Positions 44,554 through 53,089 of a stretch of 59,487 nt of DNA are shown one piece after another. How positions within the stretch are numbered: the first letter of the stretch is position 1; each line of letters begins with the position of its first letter. The notes below the pieces were generated by a model. It had not been told where the DNA came from. It saw only the letters and a program-made list of their open reading frames with translations, and ran no database searches. The stretch spans positions 1 through 59,487 of IMG/VR virus record IMGVR_UViG_3300036820_000019, one strand, 5' to 3'. The position numbers and the translations under genes are program-made. Origin of the DNA: a virus. Taxonomy: Duplodnaviria; Caudoviricetes.

Positions 44554-44968
44554 TCGTGCGCTCCTCGATGTGATGTTCGTTCTTGCAGGCGTGGTCGTCG
44601 TTCTCGATGCGGTGCATCGCGTCCTCGGCGAGGGCCCGAGTCTTGAACCCGTTCACGACCCACTCGGCGCAAACGACTGAGTAGGTGATGCCCTTGCGCT
44701 CGGGCTCGGGCGCGTGGTGCGGCGCCTCGATTGCTCCGGGCAGGTAGCCCACGAGGCGAGTCACCCGCATAGTGCGGGTGTACGTGTTCCCGTCTCGCTC
44801 GCTCGTCTCCTGAATGCGGACAGACTGCGCTCCGCGGGGTTCGACTGACTCGACCCGGTACACGTAGCCGTAGTTCCACACGATGCGGTCACCGGGGACC
44901 AGGTCGGCCACGTACTTCGCGGGGACTCGGCCGATGCCGATGAGATGGACGGTCGGGGCCTCGGGCAT
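44543..44968 (-). CDS. Hypothetical protein (SH3-like N-terminus)
   Basis: DLVPGDRIVWNYG. Confidence 0.65.
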   Translation of the reverse strand: MPEAPTVHLIGIGRVPAKYVADLVPGDRIVWNYGYVYRVESVEPRGAQSVRIQETSERDGNTYTRTMRVTRLVGYLPGAIEAPHHAPEPERKGITYSVVCAEWVVNGFKTRALAEDAMHRIENDDHACKNEHHIEERTNAR

Positions 44969-45459
44969 CAGGCCTGCACCAGCACGAGGTCGAGGTACTC
45001 GCCACGACGCCAGTAGTTGCTCACACCGGAGGTCGTCGACTTCCACATGATGCGGTACAACGTGCCGTCGACGTCGAGCAGGTCACCTTCGACCGCCTCG
45101 ATGAGGAGTCCGGCCTTGCGAGCCTCTTCACGCTCCCACGCCGAGCCGTGACCGTCGGCAGACAGAACTGCCGGGAGTCCGTAGCTGTAGGCCCAGGGTC
45201 CGGGAACCATGGGGCCGCCCGTCTCCTGGCGAGCCTCGACGCCCTCGGGAACGAACCCGAGACCGAAGCCGACGCCGCGCTGGTCACGCACGACCAGGAT
45301 GACGTCCTCGGCCGAGAGAACTCCCCGGCCGTAGTTGTTGCGAAGCGACGCGACCGGCACGACGTGAGTCTGCGGTGCACGCTTCTCGATGATGATCTCT
45401 CCGCCGCTGGCGATTGCCTTGTCGACGGCGGACTTGATGAGGTCGGAACCCTTGCTCAT
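44968..45459 (-). CDS. Hypothetical protein, first gene of cassette 4
   Basis: ATG 4 nt after CCCCCAGGAGG. Confidence 0.75.
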   Translation of the reverse strand: MSKGSDLIKSAVDKAIASGGEIIIEKRAPQTHVVPVASLRNNYGRGVLSAEDVILVVRDQRGVGFGLGFVPEGVEARQETGGPMVPGPWAYSYGLPAVLSADGHGSAWEREEARKAGLLIEAVEGDLLDVDGTLYRIMWKSTTSGVSNYWRRGEYLDLVLVQA

Positions 45460-45547
45460 GGTGCCTCCTGGGGGAGTACTTCCGGCGGCGCCTTGCCACC
45501 GAGTCAATGATCACTCAGCGCCGTCGGGAAGTCAAGACAATCTTTCA
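45460..45547 (-). promoter_or_regulatory. Promoter cassette copy 4
   Basis: TGAAAGATTGTC-TTGACT-N17-GATCAT, GGTGGC-AAGGC-GCCGCC, CTCCCCCAGGAGG. Confidence 0.85.
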
Positions 45548-45634
45548 GCGGGCCATCTTGTTGTGCTTGCCGCACTGGCGACAGGCCGGATAGCCACCGT
45601 GCAGGCCGAGGGCGCAGAGGAGCTTCGAGAACAT
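45545..45634 (-). CDS. 29-aa Zn-binding microprotein, DUF1660-like (not in ORF track)
   Basis: MFSKLLCALGLHGGYPACRQCGKHNKMAR; the stop is the TGA of the cassette motif. Confidence 0.55.
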   Translation of the reverse strand: MFSKLLCALGLHGGYPACRQCGKHNKMAR

Positions 45635-45638
45635 GGGA

Positions 45639-45713
45639 TCACCCCCATCCGAAGACGTGAGACGCGAGTTCGGCCCCGAGGATTATCCCGAGGCCAAACA
45701 GGCACTTGCGCAT
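45639..45713 (-). CDS. 24-aa hydrophobic microprotein
   Basis: MRKCLFGLGIILGAELASHVFGWG; TGATG coupling. Confidence 0.4.
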   Translation of the reverse strand: MRKCLFGLGIILGAELASHVFGWG

Positions 45714-45853
45714 CAGATTTGCTCGCAGACCGGGCAGAGGTTGTCGCCGGTGCGGATTGGCGAGAAGAACCGGTTGCAGTTCTCGCATCGGTCCATGAGG
45801 AGCCGATTCGCTAGGCGGTGCATCCGCCAGCGGTAGAGGAGCCCGCCGATCAA
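45713..45853 (-). CDS. Small Zn-ribbon protein
   Basis: CENC...CPVC. Confidence 0.55.
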   Translation of the reverse strand: MIGGLLYRWRMHRLANRLLMDRCENCNRFFSPIRTGDNLCPVCEQI

Positions 45854-45993
45854 CGGTGGAACCGGACGCGGCGCATGGTGCCGTCGGCGTTCTTGTGGTG
45901 CGCGACGAACGCCTTGAGACCGGCGTAGCAGCCGCCGAAGATGAGACCGATGCGGACGTACTCGGCGTCCCAAAGCAACTTGACGAGGGCCAT
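45850..45993 (-). CDS. 47-aa protein, first gene of cassette 5
   Basis: MALVKLLWDAEYVRIGLIFGG; strong RBS. Confidence 0.65.
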   Translation of the reverse strand: MALVKLLWDAEYVRIGLIFGGCYAGLKAFVAHHKNADGTMRRVRFHR

Positions 45994-46085
45994 CTGTGAA
46001 ACCTCCTGGGGGAGTGGTGCCGTTGGCGCCTTGCCAACACATTCAAGAGTACTCAGCTCGCCGGGGAAGTCAAGACAATCTTTCA
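45994..46085 (-). promoter_or_regulatory. Promoter cassette copy 5
   Basis: TGAAAGATTGTC-TTGACT-N16-TACTCT, GTTGGC-AAGGC-GCCAAC, CTCCCCCAGGAGG. Confidence 0.85.
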
Positions 46086-47576
46086 GGCGCCGAACTGAGA
46101 GATGCGCGAGGTCGACGGGATTCGGATGCCTGCGCCGCCGTTGTAGATGCGAGCGCCCTTTTGCGCCGCCTTGACCATGAGGTACCAGAACCCCCAGACC
46201 ATCGCATCGAGGCGGTTCGGTGACCAGTCCGACGGGTCGATGTCCGTCGGTGGTTTCCACGTGGTGCACTGCCCCTCGAGTAGGGCATGGGAGCCGACCC
46301 ACTTGATCCGGTCCTGCTCCTGTAGCGACACGATGGGCTCGGCACGTGCGGCCTTCCCCTGGCGAGCAGTGACGTCGATGATGCGCACGGTCTCGCCGCC
46401 GGGGATGGCGCGGATGATGCCGATGGTCTCGGCCTTCGGCGGCAGGTTCGTCTCTATGACCATGGCCTTGCACCCGAGGTCGTGGTAAGCCTCGACGGCA
46501 ACCTTGCCCCAGACCGCGCCGCGGCCGACGGTCGAATAATCGCCGAGGATGTACCCGGTCGGCTTCGGTTTCTTGTCGATCCCACAGTGCACGATGCCCG
46601 CCTCGCCACCCATGGACGGGTCGATGCCGAGGACGGTCGACCGCATGTCCGGCAGGTCGAAGACTGAGAGGCCGTCTTCGTCGAGCGACGTCTTCGTGAG
46701 CCGGTTGCGATTTATGAGGGCCGAGTTCCATAGGGCGCCCTCGACGTCGTCGAGGATCTCGGCATAGATCTCCTGGCGGCCGAGCGTGGTCCCTTCGTAC
46801 GCCGACAGGATCTCCGTGTAGAACGTCTCCGACAAGTTCATGGCGTTGCGGTGCGTCGAGAACTTCACCCACTTGCACCGAGGGTGCGCCACGAGGTCGT
46901 CGATGAGGGTGGACCGCGCGGGCGTGCCGGTGACGACCATCTGCGGGTGCTCGCCGACACGGAGCGCGAACAGGAGGTTCGCCACGGTCGAGTTGCGGTA
47001 GAGGCCGACGTGTGCGTCCGGGAACTCGGCCGGCTCGTCGACCCACGCCATGCCGAGGTTGTACCCGCGAGGTTCGTCCGGCTTCTGCGCCGAGAACCCT
47101 TTGACCTTCGCTCCGTTGGCGAGGTAGAGCTCCGACATCGAGCGCGACCACGACGTCTTGAGAGAACCCCCTCTGAGAGCTGATGGGGGTAACACCGACA
47201 ACAGGCCGGAGGGCCCTTCCATCATGAGGTCGCGGAACTTGGCGATCTTCGGCGCGGCCGCACCGACGAGCGAGTGCGGGTGCGTGCGCAGGAACTCGGC
47301 GACCTGTTCGGCGCCGGGGCGCGTCTTGCCGGAGCCTCGACCGCCGCGCATGAACCAAATCGTCCAGTCGCCCGGTGGTGGCAACTGCTCACGCCGCGGA
47401 TCGAACTTGCCTTCGAGGTTCGTCGCCGTGAGCGTCGTCATCAGCCAGCGTGCTCGCCGGAGGGCCCAGTCGTCCTTCGCCTCACGAGCCTTCGCGTACG
47501 CCAACTGCACCGCGGCTATGAGGACGTCGATCTCGTCGTCTCGAAGTGGGACCTCTAGCGGCCGGTACTCGGGCAC
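46083..47576 (-). CDS. terL: Terminase large subunit
   Basis: Walker A GGRGSGKT, Walker B WVDE, TGTP, nuclease GIDP and SPNRLDA. Confidence 0.95.
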   Translation of the reverse strand: MPEYRPLEVPLRDDEIDVLIAAVQLAYAKAREAKDDWALRRARWLMTTLTATNLEGKFDPRREQLPPPGDWTIWFMRGGRGSGKTRPGAEQVAEFLRTHPHSLVGAAAPKIAKFRDLMMEGPSGLLSVLPPSALRGGSLKTSWSRSMSELYLANGAKVKGFSAQKPDEPRGYNLGMAWVDEPAEFPDAHVGLYRNSTVANLLFALRVGEHPQMVVTGTPARSTLIDDLVAHPRCKWVKFSTHRNAMNLSETFYTEILSAYEGTTLGRQEIYAEILDDVEGALWNSALINRNRLTKTSLDEDGLSVFDLPDMRSTVLGIDPSMGGEAGIVHCGIDKKPKPTGYILGDYSTVGRGAVWGKVAVEAYHDLGCKAMVIETNLPPKAETIGIIRAIPGGETVRIIDVTARQGKAARAEPIVSLQEQDRIKWVGSHALLEGQCTTWKPPTDIDPSDWSPNRLDAMVWGFWYLMVKAAQKGARIYNGGAGIRIPSTSRISQFGA

Positions 47577-47585
47577 GCGGTGATG

Positions 47586-48272
47586 CTAGGCGCCCGGTTC
47601 AGCGTCCGGCGTCGCCTCGATGGTTATGACGTCGAGGAGGTCGGTCGCCGCCTCGGTGAGTTCCGGCTCGGCCTCGGCACGTGCGGCCATGGCTCGCTCC
47701 TCGCGCGCCTGGTCGATGCGTGCCAGGTGACCCATGACGTCTTTCTCGAACTCGGTGACGTTGTAGTCGTCGCCCGCGACCTCGACTTGGACCGGCATGT
47801 TGGCGCCGACCAGCCGGGCGTAGTTCCCGAGGACGGAGTTCATCGTGTTCATCGAGCGCAAAGCGACGTCGGCGTCACGAGGTAGCCCGCCATCCATGGT
47901 CGAGCCCCACTGCGCCAGGACGGCGGCCCGGTTGATCAGCCATTGCATCGAGAGACCTATGTCCCGGCGGTAGTCCTCGAGTGCGTTCTTCGGGATCTCC
48001 GTCAGTGCGGTGTTGAAATCCGAGAGGGCGGTCGCCGGTGATATGTGCAGGAGTCGCCCGATCTCCGCGTACGGCACGTTCATCTGGCGAAGTTCGAGGA
48101 CCTGTAGTCGTCTCTGCGCCATCGTGACCCGGCGCCCGTCTATGGGGCCCGGAGGTCGTCCGCCTCGGTTCTTGGCCTTCGTGATGCTCGTTACGTTCGA
48201 CGGTGGCTTCTCGGCCGGTGCGTCTTTCGGCTTTGCCGCGCGCTTGCGCGGTACCTTCGGCTCGTCAGGCAT
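47586..48272 (-). CDS. Terminase small subunit (HTH)
   Basis: Directly upstream of terL; RRLQVLELRQMNVPYAEIGRLLHISPATA HTH. Confidence 0.75.
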   Translation of the reverse strand: MPDEPKVPRKRAAKPKDAPAEKPPSNVTSITKAKNRGGRPPGPIDGRRVTMAQRRLQVLELRQMNVPYAEIGRLLHISPATALSDFNTALTEIPKNALEDYRRDIGLSMQWLINRAAVLAQWGSTMDGGLPRDADVALRSMNTMNSVLGNYARLVGANMPVQVEVAGDDYNVTEFEKDVMGHLARIDQAREERAMAARAEAEPELTEAATDLLDVITIEATPDAEPGA

Positions 48273-48459
48273 CGCCGTTCAGTTTCCTAGCATTCGGTTT
48301 CGTCAAGATCGCGTCGAGCGGCATGAGGGTCGCCAGGCCTCGTTCGATGACGATTTCGGCGAGGCGGTTCATCGACATATCCCGGTCCTTCGCCTCATTG
48401 GCTAGACGGTCCCGGAGCGCTTGTTCGAGGCGGAGCGGGACGGCGACCCGCGGCGTCAA
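48265..48459 (-). CDS. Ribbon-helix-helix (Arc-like) DNA-binding protein
   Basis: VPLRLEQALRDRLANEAKDRDMSMNRLA. Confidence 0.75.
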   Translation of the reverse strand: MTPRVAVPLRLEQALRDRLANEAKDRDMSMNRLAEIVIERGLATLMPLDAILTKPNARKLNGDA

Positions 48460-48680
48460 GTCCGATCCTCGGCCGCCGGTTCGACGAGCCTCACTTCGGT
48501 TTTCACCAGGCGCCAGGTCTCGATGACATACTCGCTGGCAACCTCCATCCCCTTGGCGTCCTCGTGCATGACGTCGTCGTCGCCGTCGGCGTAGATCCAC
48601 CAGGAGTACTCGCCGAACATGTCGTCGCCGTCGGCTCGTCGGATCGTCTTCATCTCTTTGCCAGGCAGGTCGACGGCCAT
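48456..48680 (-). CDS. Acidic hypothetical protein
   Basis: Coupled ORF. Confidence 0.6.
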   Translation of the reverse strand: MAVDLPGKEMKTIRRADGDDMFGEYSWWIYADGDDDVMHEDAKGMEVASEYVIETWRLVKTEVRLVEPAAEDRT

Positions 48681-48854
48681 TCAGTTTCCCTTCGGCTTCG
48701 GGGAGAGACGGTCGAGGACCGCCGCGGCGACTCCGGCGAGGGCGCCGACACAGATGCACACGTCCCACTTCGTCGGCGAGACCGTGATGGCGTACGACAA
48801 CGAACCGACGGTCACGCAGACACAGATGACGATGGTCACGAGGCGAGCAGTCAC
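48681..48854 (-). CDS. Small two-TM membrane protein
   Basis: LVTIVICVCVTVG and CICVGALAGVAAAVL. Confidence 0.6.
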   Translation of the reverse strand: MTARLVTIVICVCVTVGSLSYAITVSPTKWDVCICVGALAGVAAAVLDRLSPKPKGN

Positions 48855-49018
48855 GGGCCTCTCCTGTTCTTCGGCTTCTTGTAGAGGAGCGGCACCAGCA
48901 GGCAGTCGGGTTGAGAGTCGTCGAGCCCGGCCGAGAAGTCGCACGGTGAATCTTCGTCGACGTCGACAACGCCGTTGTGCGTCACGCAGTAGCGGAGCCC
49001 GGAATCGATCATCGGCAT
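48851..49018 (-). CDS. 55-aa hypothetical protein (not in ORF track)
   Basis: MPMIDSGLRYCVTHNG...; fills the gap. Confidence 0.5.
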   Translation of the reverse strand: MPMIDSGLRYCVTHNGVVDVDEDSPCDFSAGLDDSQPDCLLVPLLYKKPKNRRGP

Positions 49019-49236
49019 TCCTCACACAGGTCCTCGTCGTTGAGGTCGGCGGAGTGCATCCACCACCCACACCCGCGACAGGTGTCGACGTCCGCCAGGG
49101 CTAGCTCGTGTTCGACGTCCTCCTCGGGAACGCCGAACTTGAGAGCGATCTCCGCCGGTAACCGGCAGGTGCCGAGGGTGTCGTTCGCTATCCGGCGCCA
49201 GTCTCCTCGGTTCGGCTTCGGTCCGTCCATGGTCAC
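49009..49236 (-). CDS. Small HTH plus Zn-ribbon protein
   Basis: PAEIALKFGVPEEDV; CRGCGWW...CEEC. Confidence 0.6.
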   Translation of the reverse strand: MTMDGPKPNRGDWRRIANDTLGTCRLPAEIALKFGVPEEDVEHELALADVDTCRGCGWWMHSADLNDEDLCEECR

Positions 49237-49625
49237 GTGTGCGGCCCGACCTCGGGATGGTGAACCGTGATCCATGCGCCGCGCCAGGCCGAATCGTTGT
49301 CGAGGACGTGCGCGCCCATGATGCGGCCGCCGGTCATGGTGCCTTCGGCCTCCTCGTCCTTGACCTCGAACTCCTCGGTGACGTCGCCGACGTCCAGCCC
49401 TACCGGGTAATTGCCGGGCGGCAGTGTCGTCTTGCCCCAGGCAATCCCGACGTGGACAACCTCCTCGACTCGGTCGATGGTGCCGAGGGTGGCTAGGTCC
49501 GAGCTGCCGTGGCTGTACCGCACGAGCGGCACTGGCAGGTCGAACCGGAGTTTGCCCGGCGTTATGAGGCGGCCGTCGACCGTGCGGACGTCGACGAAGT
49601 AGAGAGCACCCGACCAGACGTTCAC
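49233..49625 (-). CDS. Stand-alone degenerate prohead-protease-like domain
   Basis: W.G...TVDGR...LPVPL...GTIDRVE...RIMGAHV..SAW is colinear with the N-domain of 36263-37777. Confidence 0.6.
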   Translation of the reverse strand: MNVWSGALYFVDVRTVDGRLITPGKLRFDLPVPLVRYSHGSSDLATLGTIDRVEEVVHVGIAWGKTTLPPGNYPVGLDVGDVTEEFEVKDEEAEGTMTGGRIMGAHVLDNDSAWRGAWITVHHPEVGPHT

Positions 49626-50119
49626 GGTTGCGCCGGGCCGTCGTTCTGGTCACCGTTGCGTCGACGTGGCAGGAGCAAGCGCACCTTGTCGGGATAGGCC
49701 CGCGCGGCGGCCTGTTGCAGGACCCTCGATTGCAAGACGTGGACCGGGATCAACATCTCGTTCACGTCGAGGTCGTCGTCGCCGAGGGCAGCCACCATCC
49801 GTCCGGCGATCTGCCCGAGGTCGTGCAGGATCGATTGCTCCTCGTCGGTCATGAGTCCAGCGAGCTGGGCCCGTAGGGCATCGCGGTCGTTCGTGTATGC
49901 GACGACGAGGTCCTGCGCCTGAGTCAGACGAGCAGTCAGACGTTCGACCCGGACGTCGCGATCCTCGCCGGGCCGCTCGACCTCACGGGTGAAGCTAGGG
50001 ACCTCGAAGTCCGGCGTGCGGCCGCCGGTCGCGGCCACGGGCCCGACGTTCGGTTTCGGGTCCTTCGGATGCCCGACCGGCGTCGAGGTCAGACCGAGCA
50101 GTTCACGGATACGGCTCAT
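49622..50119 (-). CDS. Hypothetical protein
   Basis: Coupled ORF; coiled coil. Confidence 0.65.
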   Translation of the reverse strand: MSRIRELLGLTSTPVGHPKDPKPNVGPVAATGGRTPDFEVPSFTREVERPGEDRDVRVERLTARLTQAQDLVVAYTNDRDALRAQLAGLMTDEEQSILHDLGQIAGRMVAALGDDDLDVNEMLIPVHVLQSRVLQQAAARAYPDKVRLLLPRRRNGDQNDGPAQP

Positions 50120-50186
50120 TCGTCGTCCTCATCGGCGCAATTTATGGCGCCACGGACGGCATCGAGGAGCCTCGACACGACATTGT

Positions 50187-50384
50187 TCACGACTTCACCT
50201 GATGATCGGCGAGTTCCGCCGCGGCCATGGACCGGTCGGAGTACCAGTTCCCTCGCCAGTCCGGCGTGCGGCCGCGCCACTCGGTCGCCGTGCCGAACGT
50301 GCATCTCTCGACGCCGACGAAGTCCGACGGGTCGTCGTGGTACCAGGAGGCGAACCCGATCCCGTCCGGGATCGTCACGGCTAC
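50187..50384 (-). CDS. Hypothetical protein
   Basis: TIPDGIGFASWYHD...; start uncertain. Confidence 0.5.
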   Translation of the reverse strand, partial: VAVTIPDGIGFASWYHDDPSDFVGVERCTFGTATEWRGRTPDWRGNWYSDRSMAAAELADHQVKS

Positions 50385-50686
50385 CGCTTGCGGCGGCGTC
50401 GGCAGGTCATCGAGTGCACGTCGTACAAGACGCCGTGATTCTCTCTGATGAGGACTGCCGAGGCGGCCGACTTGAGCGAGACGTGCGAGCCCTCGGCGTT
50501 GCGACCGGTGAACAGATACCGGCCGGTTGCATTGGGTTCGGCGTCGAGGATCACTCGTCGGCCGTGGTCGTCGAGAGCCGCGAACGTCTGCGCCTTGCAG
50601 GCGTAGCAGGGCCGTATGGGCCCCGGTGCAGCGGCGATAGTGACGACTTCGTCCATGACAACGAGCATACCCGGAAGTGATAGCAC
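50381..50686 (-). CDS. Zn-binding hypothetical protein
   Basis: CYACKA...ILDAEP...YDVHSMTC. Confidence 0.65.
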   Translation of the reverse strand: MLSLPGMLVVMDEVVTIAAAPGPIRPCYACKAQTFAALDDHGRRVILDAEPNATGRYLFTGRNAEGSHVSLKSAASAVLIRENHGVLYDVHSMTCRRRRKR

Positions 50687-50712
50687 TTAAACGCACTCCC
50701 TCGCAACAGGCC

Positions 50713-50901
50713 TCATTCATCCTCATCGACTAACCGCACGTCGAGCCACCGATCTTTCCGGTAGCGGCCGATGGTCTCACCCTGGCGCTTGATGAGGAGC
50801 TGTCCGTCCTTCGTCTTGCGGAAGTGCGAGGCGTTCGGGTGCTCGATGGTGCGCGGTCCGCCGAACGCCACGGGCGGCACGGAGATGATGGCTTTCCTCA
50901 C
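50713..50901 (-). CDS. Small beta-rich hypothetical protein
   Basis: VRKAIISV...HPNASHF...GQLLI. Confidence 0.55.
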   Translation of the reverse strand: MRKAIISVPPVAFGGPRTIEHPNASHFRKTKDGQLLIKRQGETIGRYRKDRWLDVRLVDEDE

Positions 50902-51003
50902 GAGATTTTGAGCAGGTGCGCCCAGCCTTGGTTCGCCTGCAACTCCGCGACGACGGTCTCGACGGCGACACGGCACGAATGCGGTGACTCGAACGGGCAG
51001 CCC

Positions 51004-51219
51004 CTAGCCGCCCACGCCTTTGTGACCCGGTCCTCGAGTATCGCTCGAACGACGGGATGCGGTTGTTTCACCTGCACGTGATTCCTCCTCTGAGTAGGGC
51101 CAGTCGATGATCTGCGGTTCGTTGGCGGTGCGGTAGCCGTTCAGGTGCAACGTGGCATCGATGAGGCGGCCGACCTCCTCGGCGACGTCGTCAGGCAGGA
51201 CGAGGACGATGGCTTTCAC
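51004..51219 (-). CDS. Hypothetical protein
   Basis: GTGA coupling. Confidence 0.5.
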   Translation of the reverse strand: MKAIVLVLPDDVAEEVGRLIDATLHLNGYRTANEPQIIDWPYSEEESRAGETTASRRSSDTRGPGHKGVGG

Positions 51220-51539
51220 CGGTCCGCCCGGTATTGCCGGAGTTCGCCGAGGAGCATGGCGGCGCGACCCTTGTCGATGATCTCGTTCTCGGTGAGGAAC
51301 CGGAACACCATCGAGTCGTGTTCGGCCGCCTCGGCTATGGCGAGCCAGTCGAGGGCGGTCTGTCGGACCTCGGCGACGGTCAACTGCCCATAGGCGGACC
51401 GGTGCCACATGCCGAGCGAGGACGAATACATGACCTCGACGCGGCAGAACGGCTCGCCGTCGACATTGACACCCGATTCGATGTTGACCTGGTCGACGTG
51501 TTGCGAACCCTCGGGTACCGGGCCGGGCCCGTGCGACAT
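51216..51539 (-). CDS. Hypothetical protein
   Basis: GQLTVAEVRQTALDWLAIAEAAEHD. Confidence 0.7.
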   Translation of the reverse strand: MSHGPGPVPEGSQHVDQVNIESGVNVDGEPFCRVEVMYSSSLGMWHRSAYGQLTVAEVRQTALDWLAIAEAAEHDSMVFRFLTENEIIDKGRAAMLLGELRQYRADR

Positions 51540-51541
51540 GC

Positions 51542-51769
51542 TCACCCGACGACCGCCTGGCGCAGGTGCGTGAGTGCTCCCTTGACGTTGAGACGCCGGG
51601 CCGACCGGTCCCACGAGTTCAGCGGACGGTCGTCATCCAGTTCGGCCGCCTTGCGGGCAACCTCGACGAGGGCATCCCATATGGGACCCTCGACCTCGAC
51701 GATGGCGTGCTTCTCGCCCTTGTAGTCCGCGTCCAACTGCTCGAACACGGGGATCATGGGCCCGTTCAT
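51542..51769 (-). CDS. Hypothetical protein
   Basis: ATGA coupling. Confidence 0.6.
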   Translation of the reverse strand: MNGPMIPVFEQLDADYKGEKHAIVEVEGPIWDALVEVARKAAELDDDRPLNSWDRSARRLNVKGALTHLRQAVVG

Positions 51770-52092
51770 GCGGGCATCTCGATCGACCCGACGGGAGCAT
51801 CGCGCTCGTAGGAGTGCAGGCCGTTGTGCCCGGCGGCGAAGGTGCAACGCCAACCGCCCTTGATCGCGCCGAAACGGCACTTCGGCTCGTCGGCCTTGAC
51901 CTCTCGCTCGTGCCAATTGCCGGTGCGGTCGCCGACGACGTAGGACTTCCATTCGTCCACATTCCACCCGGCGATCTGGTAGCCGTTGTTGTCGATGACG
52001 AGGGCGCCGGTGCCGGTGACGTGCGCGTGCGTGGCGTCGGGGTAGTCCCGCCAGGTCGAGCCCTTCGGCCCTCTCACTCTCACTCTGACCAT
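51766..52092 (-). CDS. Hypothetical protein
   Basis: GGAGG RBS; C-terminal C..C...GH..H. Confidence 0.65.
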   Translation of the reverse strand: MVRVRVRGPKGSTWRDYPDATHAHVTGTGALVIDNNGYQIAGWNVDEWKSYVVGDRTGNWHEREVKADEPKCRFGAIKGGWRCTFAAGHNGLHSYERDAPVGSIEMPA

Positions 52093-52442
52093 TTGCGTGC
52101 CTCCGGTTCGAGCTTGTAGACCTCGTCGAGGGAGATCGTCACGGCGGTGTTTATAGCGGTGAGTTGCGTCTCGGTCGAGACCTTGACGCCGTTGTCGTCG
52201 ACGTAGCCCGCGTCAAGACTTTGTTTCACGCCTATGAGCGTGCCGCAGGCCCGACCGGCGACCATCGCGTAGTGCGCCGCCTGGTCGACGAGAGCGTCGA
52301 CTTCGTTCTGCAAGTCGAGGACGAACCGCGCCAGGACGTCGCCGTCAGCTTGCAGGTCATCCCATCGTTTGACCGTGCGCGACCGGTTCTGCCAGGCGAC
52401 CGCCGCGGCGACCGCCTTCGATACGACTTGAGTGTCAGCCAT
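52080..52442 (-). CDS. Hypothetical protein
   Basis: Coupled ORF. Confidence 0.65.
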   Translation of the reverse strand: MADTQVVSKAVAAAVAWQNRSRTVKRWDDLQADGDVLARFVLDLQNEVDALVDQAAHYAMVAGRACGTLIGVKQSLDAGYVDDNGVKVSTETQLTAINTAVTISLDEVYKLEPEARKWSE

Positions 52443-52950
52443 GGGAGCGGAACCTTTCGTAGGGTGTCACGTCGGCGAGGTAGAGCGGGTGCTTCGGTGA
52501 GCCGTCGGCGTTGTGGCCGAGGCATTGCCAGGACGATCTCAGCATGAGCGGCACGGTCCCGAGGGCCTTCGACGGCGGGACACCTTTCGGCGTGCCTGCG
52601 CCCCATCCAGCCATCACTAACCCGACTCTGTGATCGGAGAGGACGTTCGCCCAGGCGATCCAGTTCAGCATGCCCTCCGGGTCGCCTGGGTCGAGGAGAT
52701 GCTTCGGCTTCGTGCAACGCCGGGCGTAGAGGTTGATGACGACGATCCCGTCGTACTCCTCGCGCTGGGCGAACTTCATGCACTTGCGGATCGTGTTGTC
52801 GTCGACCTCGGCGTCGGCCGTCGACGGGTTGAGCATGATCCACGCCATGATCTCGCCGGAGCCCCAGGTGCGCCGGAGTTCGTACCGGTAGAGACCATCG
52901 TTCGAGAGGTCGGCGGAGCGCATTATGTCAGTGTCCAGAGGTTCGCTCAC
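52435..52950 (-). CDS. DUF1643-family protein
   Basis: YRYELRRTW, IMLNPSTAD, DDNTIRKC, NLYA, G.PKHPLY. Confidence 0.9.
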   Translation of the reverse strand: MSEPLDTDIMRSADLSNDGLYRYELRRTWGSGEIMAWIMLNPSTADAEVDDNTIRKCMKFAQREEYDGIVVINLYARRCTKPKHLLDPGDPEGMLNWIAWANVLSDHRVGLVMAGWGAGTPKGVPPSKALGTVPLMLRSSWQCLGHNADGSPKHPLYLADVTPYERFRSHG

Positions 52951-53089
52951 CGTGATTCTCCAATCTCTCGGCGGCCTCGATGAGGAGGGCGACGCGTTCC
53001 TCGGCGGTCCGGCCTCGGAGGTCGTTCGCCAGGCGCTCGTTGTTCATGGCGTGCGCCCAGTTCCGGGTAACCGTCGTCGGCGGGTTCAT
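52928..53089 (-). CDS. Small hypothetical protein
   Basis: MNPPTTVTRNW; ATGA coupling. Confidence 0.5.
   Translation of the reverse strand: MNPPTTVTRNWAHAMNNERLANDLRGRTAEERVALLIEAAERLENHGERTSGH

Noticed and set aside
43893-46085. CRISPR array or DGR interpretation of the repeats
   Set aside because: Copies are hundreds to thousands of bases apart with genes between them; no cas or reverse transcriptase gene seen
50670-50708. Possible promoter TTGCGA-N18-TATCAC
   Set aside because: The -10 lacks the conserved final T and the spacing is long; not enough support
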